Below are positions 9,167 to 17,201 of a stretch of 46,492 nucleotides of DNA, one piece after another. Positions within the stretch are counted from its first letter, which is position 1. Each line of letters begins with the position of its first letter. A program made the position numbers and the translations under genes. This stretch comes from Verrucomicrobiota bacterium. GTDB lineage: Bacteria > Verrucomicrobiota > Verrucomicrobiia > Verrucomicrobiales > V1-33. Below the pieces are notes generated by a model that saw only the letters and a list, made by a program, of their open reading frames with translations, ran no database searches and was not told the DNA's origin. Location: the NCBI GenBank assembly GCA_031429155.1, contig JANOZA010000625.1, positions 1 through 46,492 of the forward strand, read 5' to 3'.

Positions 9167-11938
9167 TCACTTTCCGGACGGCAGCACCCGGATCAGTACC
9201 GGCGGCGACGCCTGTCCTCCGTCTGCGGTCGCCCTCAGATGAAACAGCCTCGCACCCGGCTGCGCGATCTTTGATGCGGTGATAAAAAAGTCCCGTTCCG
9301 TTTGCCCCTCCACGATGAGCAGGCCGTTCAGCCCGATGTTATCCACGTAAAGCCCGTGAGGCAGATTCCGACCGCTGTCATCGCCGCCGAGTTCGATGCG
9401 ACCGGTGAATGAATTCCTCACCGCCTTCACCTTCGCTGTGATCGTTTGCCCCGGGTGAATGCTGAACTCCAGCGGCTGGCCGGGCATTTCCTTCACAAAC
9501 GAACGATCCGCCCCCGGTAATATCTCCACTGTCACCTGCGGTGCTCCGGCGAGCTGGATGTCACCAAGAGTTCCGAGGTCGTGCGTCACATCCTGGCCGC
9601 CGACTCTAGCCGTGGCGGTGATCTTCACCGCCTTGTCCGCGGCTTCATCAGGTGCCTTCGCATCCGCCGCCGCATAGATCGCTGCGATGGCTGACGGCTG
9701 CCCCGCTTGGATTTCCACCGGGCCACTCGAAGTAAAGCCGGGCGGCAGGTTCGCAATGTCCACGCGCACCGGGCCATCGAAGCCTTCAAATCGTTCCACG
9801 TTGAAGGGGATCTCCCGCCCGCTGCCGGGGCTGATCTTCGGCGCGGTGCCGCCGACGGTGAGTTTGAAGTCCGGTCGCTGCGCGCGCGCCGTGAGCGTGT
9901 AGGCAAAGTCCTTCTCCGCTCCGAATCCGCGCACGTCCGTGAGCCGCACCAGGTAGTCGCCGTCCGTGGGTGCCGTGAACAGCAGTTGCGAATCCTTGCC
10001 CATGCGCCGCGCGGTTTCGTCGTCATTCTCAAAATAGAGCCGGAACAACGGCAGTCCGTTCGGCGCCGGCTGCGCGCCCGCCGGCAGCGTCGTGACGACA
10101 TAAGCCGGCGCGCCCAGCGCATGAACCAGCGCCGGCGTGCCGAAAAATGTGTGCCGGTTCCCCACGCCCGGATATACGCGAAAGCCCGAGTCCGGCCCGC
10201 GCGGATAATGCCAGAGCTTCACCACTTCGCCGTCGGCGTAGAGGTATTCGTTGAGTTCCATCTCTGCCCAGTTGTGCAGGCGGAAGTCGTCGGACGTGTC
10301 CGAGTCCTTGCCGCGAAATGTGAACCAGGAATCGCGCGTCGCCTGGAGCACCGCCTGCTCCACCGGCGCGCCGTCAGCGTGTAGAATCTCCAGGCGGGAG
10401 TCCAGTTTGGAAGATGAGCGCGCGGCGTTCACTTCCAGAGTCAGCGCCTCGCCGGCGCTCGCGTGGAAGCGGTAGAGGTCCACATCGCCGGGCGCGCTGA
10501 CGGCGCCTTTTATCTCGACGGGCAGCGTCACCGGGTTGGCGGCGGCGGGCGTGTTGTTCGGCTCGGTTTCCGGGGAATGGGTCGTATGGGCCTCCTGGGT
10601 CGCATGGGGCACATGAGTCCCATCGGACCCATTTGGCCCATCATTCACCGACCGCTGCACCCTCACCGATCTGTGCCCCCCATCCATGCGCGCCACCAGG
10701 AAACCATCTCCCTGCGCCGACAGCACCGTCGCCACATCCGCCTGCTTTTCATACGCGTGCTCCATTTCCAGCGCCGGCACGCTCCACAGTTTCAGCGTTC
10801 GGTCTTCCGCCGCGGAGAGCAGATGCTTTCCATCCGCGCTCAGCGCCAGCGCCGTCACTCCCGCCTCATGCGCGAACCTTGAATGCACCGGAGGATTCAG
10901 CCCCGGCGCGTCTTTGGAAACGAAACGCCACAGGTGAATCCGCTTATCCTTCCCCGCCGCGATGAGGTGCTCGCCATCCAGCGTCCACAGCACCGACACC
11001 ATCTCGCCCTGCGGCTGATTCAAAGTATCCAGCCGCACACCATCGCTCACGCGCCACAGCTTCACCGTCTCGTCTGCGCTCGCGGATGCCAGCACCTTGC
11101 CGCCCGGATGCCACGCCAGATCGAACACCGCGCCCTTGTGAACATCCATCGTCCGCAGCAGCGCACCGTCCGCGATCTTCCACAGCTTGATCACGCGATC
11201 ATATCCCGTCGTCGCCAGCGTCGTGCCGTCCGGCGAAATATCCGCATCGTAGAGCACGTCCGCGTGCCCGCCAAACTCCCTGACAAGCGCGCCCGACGCC
11301 ACGTCGCGCAACTGCGCCACGCCCGTCAGCCCCGCGATGCCGCCCGCGATAATGAATTGCGATCCATCCTTCGTGAATTGCACCGCATTCACCTTTCCCG
11401 GCAATCCCGTGATCGTCGCCATCACCGCATCGGCCGCTGTTTCACGAATTTCGATGACCCCTGTTCGCGCCAGCGCCAGCCACTTCCCGTCCGCTGAATA
11501 AGCCGCCGCCGTCACTGGCTTCTCCTGCGCCGTCGCCGCGATCTTCGGCACGGTGATCGTCTTCAAAATGGAAACATCCACCGCCGGCCCCGGCGCACCG
11601 GCCGCCACCCACTTCCGCAGCATCGCCTTCTCCGCCTCCGCCAACTGCGGCTCGTCCTTCGGCGGCATCTTCGGCTTCTCCTTCCCCTCGATGGAGCGGA
11701 TCAAAAACGACCCGTCCGCATCCCCCGCCTTCACCGGCTCCGCATGATCCTCCCCGCCCATTCGCAACTGCGCGAACGTCTCCACCGACAGCTTTCCCTC
11801 CAGGTCCTTGTCGTTGTGGCACCCCGCGCAGTAGCTGCGAAACACCGGCGCGATGTCGCGCTCATAATTCGGCACCGCGTCCTGCGCGGTGGCGGTGGCA
11901 GCGAAGAAGAAGAGAACAAGAGCCAGTGACGGAGCCAT
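9167..11938 (-). CDS. PSCyt1 (planctomycete cytochrome-c-like) - WD40 repeat - pre-peptidase C-terminal (PPC)-like domain protein, secreted
   Basis: The ATG at 11938 opens MAPSLALVLFFFAATATAQD (signal). The CxxCH block is YERDIAPVFRSYCAGCHNDKDLEGKLSVETF. Multiple WD40 units follow (e.g. VIKLWKIADG, TVKLWRVSDG, RIHLWRF, TLKLWSV). The PPC-like segment is EPNNTPAAANPVTLPVEIKGAVSAPGDVDLYRFHA. The 42 codons upstream of 11938 in the tracked ORF are not signal-like. Confidence 0.85.
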   Translation of the reverse strand: MAPSLALVLFFFAATATAQDAVPNYERDIAPVFRSYCAGCHNDKDLEGKLSVETFAQLRMGGEDHAEPVKAGDADGSFLIRSIEGKEKPKMPPKDEPQLAEAEKAMLRKWVAAGAPGPAVDVSILKTITVPKIAATAQEKPVTAAAYSADGKWLALARTGVIEIRETAADAVMATITGLPGKVNAVQFTKDGSQFIIAGGIAGLTGVAQLRDVASGALVREFGGHADVLYDADISPDGTTLATTGYDRVIKLWKIADGALLRTMDVHKGAVFDLAWHPGGKVLASASADETVKLWRVSDGVRLDTLNQPQGEMVSVLWTLDGEHLIAAGKDKRIHLWRFVSKDAPGLNPPVHSRFAHEAGVTALALSADGKHLLSAAEDRTLKLWSVPALEMEHAYEKQADVATVLSAQGDGFLVARMDGGHRSVRVQRSVNDGPNGSDGTHVPHATQEAHTTHSPETEPNNTPAAANPVTLPVEIKGAVSAPGDVDLYRFHASAGEALTLEVNAARSSSKLDSRLEILHADGAPVEQAVLQATRDSWFTFRGKDSDTSDDFRLHNWAEMELNEYLYADGEVVKLWHYPRGPDSGFRVYPGVGNRHTFFGTPALVHALGAPAYVVTTLPAGAQPAPNGLPLFRLYFENDDETARRMGKDSQLLFTAPTDGDYLVRLTDVRGFGAEKDFAYTLTARAQRPDFKLTVGGTAPKISPGSGREIPFNVERFEGFDGPVRVDIANLPPGFTSSGPVEIQAGQPSAIAAIYAAADAKAPDEAADKAVKITATARVGGQDVTHDLGTLGDIQLAGAPQVTVEILPGADRSFVKEMPGQPLEFSIHPGQTITAKVKAVRNSFTGRIELGGDDSGRNLPHGLYVDNIGLNGLLIVEGQTERDFFITASKIAQPGARLFHLRATADGGQASPPVLIRVLPSGK

Positions 11939-12175
11939 AGATGATTCAAGGAGGCCAGACTGCTTTCGCCGTCCACACCGCATTCCTGTGTCGGCAATTA
12001 GCCAAACTTCATGGGCCGCGTGATTCGGATCAAAGGGCGCCTCCTGCAATTCCCCATGGTCCACGTTGACGGATGCTCACCCCGCGCCCAGCACACCCCG
12101 CGGCTCCCGGCAGGCGCGCAAGTTTCCAGCCGATAGCGGGGCCCGGCGAGCCACGGCACCGGCGGCACCGGCGCG

Positions 12176-12255
12176 TCAGGGCCTACGCATGAAGCCGTAA
12201 CAAGGCCGTCCCGGCCTTGCTACGGGCGTTCGGCCGCTTCGTGCGTAAGCCCTGA
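12176..12255. other. 80-nt compound imperfect hairpin (REP-like or structured element) downstream of the 12294 gene
   Basis: The outer arms are tcagggcctacgcatgaagc / gcttcgtgcgtaagccctga (20 nt, 2 mismatches). The inner arms are cgtaacaaggccg / cggccttgctacg (13 nt, 1 mismatch). No U-tract follows on either strand. Confidence 0.5.
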
Positions 12256-12293
12256 CTTTCAGCGCTCCAATCCCGCGCCCGGGATCGGAATGG

Positions 12294-13151
12294 TCAGGGG
12301 CCGACTCGGTAGGGGGACACGTAGGTGCTGCCGGGGAAGGTGGTGAGTCCTTCAAAGGCGCCGCCGGGGACGCCTCGACCGCTGAAGTTGGCGACGTTCG
12401 CGCCGCTCGAATCGAAATAACTGAATGTGAGGACCGCGCCATTGAGGTCCCAGACGCCCGTGTAGCCGGGATCATACGGGAAGCTGATGGTCCGGAGGCC
12501 GGCGCCGTTGTCGTGGAACTGCGAGATGTGCGAGCTCATTGCGCTGGGGAAGAACGTGCACTCGAACCAGGCGGTCAGCCCGGTGCCGGTGCAGTGCTTG
12601 TTTTCGACATCAACGTCGAGCGGGACGACATTGGCGTAGTAACTGAGACTGGCGTTGACGCTGGCGCTGTTGTTGAACGGATTGCTGTCGGCAGTGCCCG
12701 AAGTGATCGCCGCGCTCGCCGAGGTCACCAGGTTGCCGGTCTTTTCCGGGAGCTGGATCTGAAAGCTCACGTCCTTGAACAGGTTCTTCTTCACGATGCC
12801 AAGATTGCACAGGAGCCGGGTGCCGGCCTCCGTGCCGGCCGGGCCGCCCAGATAGCAGGTCGCGGGCGTGTAGCTCATGAGATTGCCCATGATATAGACC
12901 TGCGGGCTGGTTCCCGTCTTCGGGAGCTGAATGGTCAGGGTCACCGCGGCGGCGTCCTTGTTCCCGATGTTCGACACCCGGACGGTATAGGTACCGGTGG
13001 AGTAAACCGGGGTGAGGCCGGGCGGCGTGATTTGGACCGCCAGATTCGGCGCTGGAGCCGCGGCGGCGGCCGATGCGGCAAACAGGAGGGACAGGCTTGC
13101 CACTAGCCGGAGGCAGCAGCGGAGGGACTTCAGGAACGTATGGTTTTTCAT
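12294..13151 (-). CDS. Secreted protein with a DUF11/CARDB-like beta-sandwich domain
   Basis: The ATG at 13151 opens MKNHTFLKSLRCCLRLVASLSLLFAASAAAAAP (signal). The block TYTVRVSNIGNKDAAAVTLTIQLP is typical of DUF11/CARDB repeats. I rejected the 107 upstream codons of the tracked ORF. Confidence 0.6.
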   Translation of the reverse strand: MKNHTFLKSLRCCLRLVASLSLLFAASAAAAAPAPNLAVQITPPGLTPVYSTGTYTVRVSNIGNKDAAAVTLTIQLPKTGTSPQVYIMGNLMSYTPATCYLGGPAGTEAGTRLLCNLGIVKKNLFKDVSFQIQLPEKTGNLVTSASAAITSGTADSNPFNNSASVNASLSYYANVVPLDVDVENKHCTGTGLTAWFECTFFPSAMSSHISQFHDNGAGLRTISFPYDPGYTGVWDLNGAVLTFSYFDSSGANVANFSGRGVPGGAFEGLTTFPGSTYVSPYRVGP

Positions 13152-13476
13152 TTTTAGACGATGGATTGTTTGCAATGGGGCCTCCCGGCAGTGTGCCAGA
13201 AGCGCCTTGTCCCCTTCCTGAAAGGTTCCGGATGGAAAGTTTCCGGGGTTTTCGAAAAAATGATCGCTGGGTCGTTGATTCGAGAGACCGTCCCATTCCA
13301 CGACGTTGGCCGTGGCATCAGGCTTGAGGCAGGCCTGCCGGGTGAACGAGGGATCAATGCGCAGTCGCCGCCCGTCTTCATCCGCACCGCCGACGCGCGG
13401 CAAAAGAAGGCCTCGGAAAAATGCGGGCTGACGGTGCATCCGTGCGGCGCGGCGCGGACGGGAGGCGATCAAAAGC

Positions 13477-14739
13477 TCACCTTGCCGGCTCGGCTTTCAG
13501 CTTCGCCACCTGTGCGCGCAGCGCAGCCTGGGTCGCGGCCGGTTGTGTGGCGATCCAGGGTTCCAGTTGCGACTCGCGCCCATCGCGCACGCAGCGGTCC
13601 ACCACCTGGTGCATGGCGATAGTGCTCAGTTTCTGATCACCGATGCTGCTCCGGATTTCGTTCAGGAGCGCTGGTGCGTCGTCGAGCGGGCGGGCGGCAT
13701 AATGATTGGCCAAAAGCCAGTCGCGGTCTGCCTGCGAACGGTTCTGCACGGCGGCGAGGACGGCGGCGGTTTCCAGTTTGCCGAGTCCGGACATGCAGAA
13801 AGACGCATCATGGATCATGCGGGCGGTCTCCTCTGGCGTGCGGCGGGTGAACCACTCAAGGGCGGCCTGTGGCTCCCCGGTGCTGTAGTGATTGAGCAAC
13901 ATGCCGAGGTTGTCCTGCTTTCCGTCAGGCTCCATCGCCAGCGGCAGGGCGAGTTCGAGAAGCTGCCGCGGGTTCTTGTCGCCGTGAGTCATCATGAGGC
14001 TCAGCAGCACCTCACGTTTGCTCTCGTTGTCGGGGAGTTCGGAAAAGCGCGCGATGGCGGCGGCGGGGTCGGTGAGGCTCAGGCTGGCGAGACTCAGCGC
14101 GAGGCTTTTGCGGTGAATGTCAGGATCTTCGATGCTGCCGGTGAGCTGGGCGAGGAGTTCGGCATCTGAGCCGGCCAGGACCATGCCCGCGACACCGATG
14201 AAGCCGGCCTTCGCATTCGTATCCGGCTGCGCGTGAAACCACTTCAATGCCGCCGCGCGGTCGCGGATGAGCCAGTCGTGCATGATGAGATAGAACGCAC
14301 TGGAGTCCTCGTTCGTCCGTGCCAGCGCCCCTGCGTGTTTTATGGCCGCCAGGGGATCCAATTCCGCCAGCCGGGCGAGTGCGAACAGGGACGGGTCAAG
14401 CAGCTCATCGCCGGACTCGCTGCTCCCGCTTATGATGAGCGCCTCCAGTTCCGCGCGGCTGAGCCCGCGGATGTAGTCCGCCATCTCCAGAGTGCCGCGG
14501 AACATACTGCGCGCCGCGACGACCGCACTGCCATCCGCGCGGCGGAGCACAGACCTCAGCGGCATCGCAGGCTTCTGCTTCGCGGGGGAAACCGCAGCTT
14601 CCTTCCCCGCCGCCGCCGCCGTGGAAACGGCGGGCGTATTTAACTCCGCGCGCAGCGAGGCAACAGCACGCTGCTGCTGCCACCACAGGGCGGCGGCGAT
14701 GAGGGCGAAGAGGGTCAAAGTGGTGAGAAACGGGCGCAT
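13477..14739 (-). CDS. Membrane-anchored helical-repeat protein, paralogous to the C-terminal domain of the adjacent sigma-fusion protein and a possible sensor or anti-sigma partner
   Basis: The ATG at 14739 opens the N-terminal TM MRPFLTTLTLFALIAAALWW. The motif (D/E)PxAAxxW recurs (LAELDPLAAIKH, DRAAALKWFHAQPD, LTDPAAAIARFSELPD, GEPQAALEWFTRR). Confidence 0.6.
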   Translation of the reverse strand: MRPFLTTLTLFALIAAALWWQQQRAVASLRAELNTPAVSTAAAAGKEAAVSPAKQKPAMPLRSVLRRADGSAVVAARSMFRGTLEMADYIRGLSRAELEALIISGSSESGDELLDPSLFALARLAELDPLAAIKHAGALARTNEDSSAFYLIMHDWLIRDRAAALKWFHAQPDTNAKAGFIGVAGMVLAGSDAELLAQLTGSIEDPDIHRKSLALSLASLSLTDPAAAIARFSELPDNESKREVLLSLMMTHGDKNPRQLLELALPLAMEPDGKQDNLGMLLNHYSTGEPQAALEWFTRRTPEETARMIHDASFCMSGLGKLETAAVLAAVQNRSQADRDWLLANHYAARPLDDAPALLNEIRSSIGDQKLSTIAMHQVVDRCVRDGRESQLEPWIATQPAATQAALRAQVAKLKAEPAR

Positions 14740-14939
14740 GGTATCAGGTTGTTGGAGAGTGTGGCTTTCGCTGTGCGACTGGGAGTGGCGCGCCTATGGC
14801 CGCCATTCAAAACCAGCGCCGCAGGCCACTCTTCCTTCCGGGCGTTTCTTGCACGTCCGACATAGAGTGCGCGGCGCGGTGGTGGCAAATGGCGGAGAGA
14901 CTCCGCCACTCCCAGTGTAGCTCTGCGACAAGGATGGCT

Positions 14940-17111
14940 TCATGGTTTTGCGGTGATGGCCGCACGATCGGCGGCGGTGAGAGATTCGTTTTGCTCCAGC
15001 CACGCGCGGGCGGCGTCCGGGGATTTTTGCAGCCACGCGCTGCCAAGCCGGCGGACGAGTTCCGAGCGCTGCGCCTCCTCCTGAATGCTCGCGGCCCAGA
15101 TGACGGCGGACTCTGCATCCGTCTTCGCCAACACCGGCGCGAAGCCGCGGATGGCCGCATCTTTGTCAGGCCCGGCGGGCAAAGTGTAGAGCCACTCGCT
15201 GGCTTTGATCAGGGATTCACCGGCGCGGATGTTTCCGTAGCCCTCCATCGCCTCGGGACGGAGTTCATCCGGCAGGAGCGAGAGGAGGCGGAGAGATTTT
15301 TCGGGTTCGCGCGCCGCACATTCCAGGGCTGTTCGGCCCAATGCGCGCAGGCGCGAGTCTTCATCGGAAGCCCTGGAAACAATCTCTAGAATCTCCGCGT
15401 CGCTCTTCAAGCCGAGGTGTTTCCAAACCTGGCTGGAAGGATCAATGCCGCTGCCCTTGTGGTCCCATGCCCACGCCCATGCGGCGGCGGCACCCATATC
15501 TACTTTCGCCCACTCTCCGATGGAATGGGTCAGCGCCGCCTCACTGATTTTCCCGCGCGGGTCGGGATGAGCGAGCACAAAATCCAGCGCCGCTTTCGGA
15601 TCGGTGCGGGCCAGGTAGCTGGCGGCATCCGACAAAAGTTGATCGCGGCGGTGATCGTCCGGCGCTTTGGCCAAAAGCCGGCGCGCGACGGCGGCCACAT
15701 CGCCATCTTCCGCCTTCATTTCAAACTCCAGCTCCAATTTTCCGGGGTAATAGCCCGGCCGCACCACGCCGTTGAGTTTTTGCATGGTCTCGCGGTCGAA
15801 CTGCCCGACCGACATGGCGACGGTGCCGGCCAGGGCCCCGGCGATAGGAGAATTCGGGTTTGCCAGCAGCCACTCGGTCATGCCCTGCGGGTCGCGTTCC
15901 ATCCAACCGGAAGCGATCGTGTGGCGGGCGGCTTCGGCGGTCATCCAGTCGAGCTTCGCCGTGCCCACGGTGGCCACGGCAGCCTCCGGGTCCAGCTCGC
16001 CCCATCGTGCAAAAACCGCCATGCGCAGCGCGCCCGCGGGCAGCAGTCCGGTGAAGTCGGCCATCGCCTCCAGCGCGCGCGGCAAATGTGAGAGCGGCAA
16101 ACCCATGATCTCGCGGGCGATGTCGAACATCTGCGACGAGGTGAGCATTCGCCCGCGCAGCTTGCGCAGCATGGCGACCGTGCGGTCCGCTTCCTCCGCG
16201 CCGACTCCAGGCTGAATGCGGCTGCCGGGTGCCTTCGGCGCGGGCTTCTTCACAGTCGGCGCCTTCGCCGCGGGCATTGGCGCTGTGGCGGCGGGACGTT
16301 CCGCGACCTGAATGCGCAACGACGCGGCTTCACTGTAGGAAAGGCCGAGCGGCACCGAGGCAAGAAGCGCGACGAGGCCCGTGGCGGCGGCGATTTGTTT
16401 GGCGGTGCTCATGGTGTGGATGATGTGGGAAAGGATGGCGGCGAATGAAATCTTCGGAGCCGCAGCGATCGCCGCGGCGCTGACATTTCCGGCGGCGGCG
16501 GACGCCGGCGTGTTGAATGCGGACGCCAGCCCCGCGGCGAGCGCGGTGATCGAAACCGACGCCACACGCCGCGAAAGCACGCTGCGCAGGCGTTCCAGTG
16601 CGCGGCTGGTTTGCTTTTGGCAGGCGTCCGCGCTCTTGCCCATGCGCGCGGCCATCTGGTCGTAGCTGAGTTTTTCGCCGAAGCGCAGCATCACGGCGCG
16701 GCGGTCGTGTTCGGGCAGGGAATTGAGCGCATCATCGAGATGCGGGAGCGCGGCGTGGGGCAGCGCAGGCTCCGGTGAAGTGTCAGGCTGAGTGAGCATG
16801 GCGGCGGCGGTTTTGAGGTGTTTGAGTTCGCGGCGCAGGGCATTGGAGGATTCCAGGACGGCGGTGCGATGCAGCCACGCCCCGGCGCACGGATGCTCCG
16901 CCAGCGAAGCCGCGCGCCGCGCCGCGAGCGCGAACACCGACGATGCCACCTCCTCCGCCAGCTCCGGCCGCGCCGTTTTTCGCAGCGCCGCTCCTTGCAC
17001 CATGCCCAGATGCCGCCGCACAAACTCTGTAAACGCCACCTCATCCCGCCCGCGGCTCCATGAGAGGAGCAGCAGGCGGTCATCGGCGGGGGCTGAGTCG
17101 GGAATGATCAA
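14940..17111 (-). CDS. ECF-type sigma-70 factor fused to a membrane-spanning segment and a ~430-aa helical-repeat extracytoplasmic domain
   Basis: The start codon appears to be TTG (17111-17109). A sigma region-2-like block is AFTEFVRRHLGMVQGAALRKTARPELAEEVASSVF. A region-4 HTH is LPEHDRRAVMLRFGEKLSYDQMAARMGKSADACQKQTSRALERLRSVL. Hydrophobic stretches follow (QIAAATGLVALLASVPLGL), then 6 DPxAAxxW-type repeats. Confidence 0.75.
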   Translation of the reverse strand: MIIPDSAPADDRLLLLSWSRGRDEVAFTEFVRRHLGMVQGAALRKTARPELAEEVASSVFALAARRAASLAEHPCAGAWLHRTAVLESSNALRRELKHLKTAAAMLTQPDTSPEPALPHAALPHLDDALNSLPEHDRRAVMLRFGEKLSYDQMAARMGKSADACQKQTSRALERLRSVLSRRVASVSITALAAGLASAFNTPASAAAGNVSAAAIAAAPKISFAAILSHIIHTMSTAKQIAAATGLVALLASVPLGLSYSEAASLRIQVAERPAATAPMPAAKAPTVKKPAPKAPGSRIQPGVGAEEADRTVAMLRKLRGRMLTSSQMFDIAREIMGLPLSHLPRALEAMADFTGLLPAGALRMAVFARWGELDPEAAVATVGTAKLDWMTAEAARHTIASGWMERDPQGMTEWLLANPNSPIAGALAGTVAMSVGQFDRETMQKLNGVVRPGYYPGKLELEFEMKAEDGDVAAVARRLLAKAPDDHRRDQLLSDAASYLARTDPKAALDFVLAHPDPRGKISEAALTHSIGEWAKVDMGAAAAWAWAWDHKGSGIDPSSQVWKHLGLKSDAEILEIVSRASDEDSRLRALGRTALECAAREPEKSLRLLSLLPDELRPEAMEGYGNIRAGESLIKASEWLYTLPAGPDKDAAIRGFAPVLAKTDAESAVIWAASIQEEAQRSELVRRLGSAWLQKSPDAARAWLEQNESLTAADRAAITAKP

Positions 17112-17201
17112 GGCGCAGTGGTTTCCTCAACATGTCGCGCCCCGGCGAAATCCGACAAAGAATTTTGTGCCCGCGCTCCCGCAAAGGAGACTTTCCGCGG
17201 C

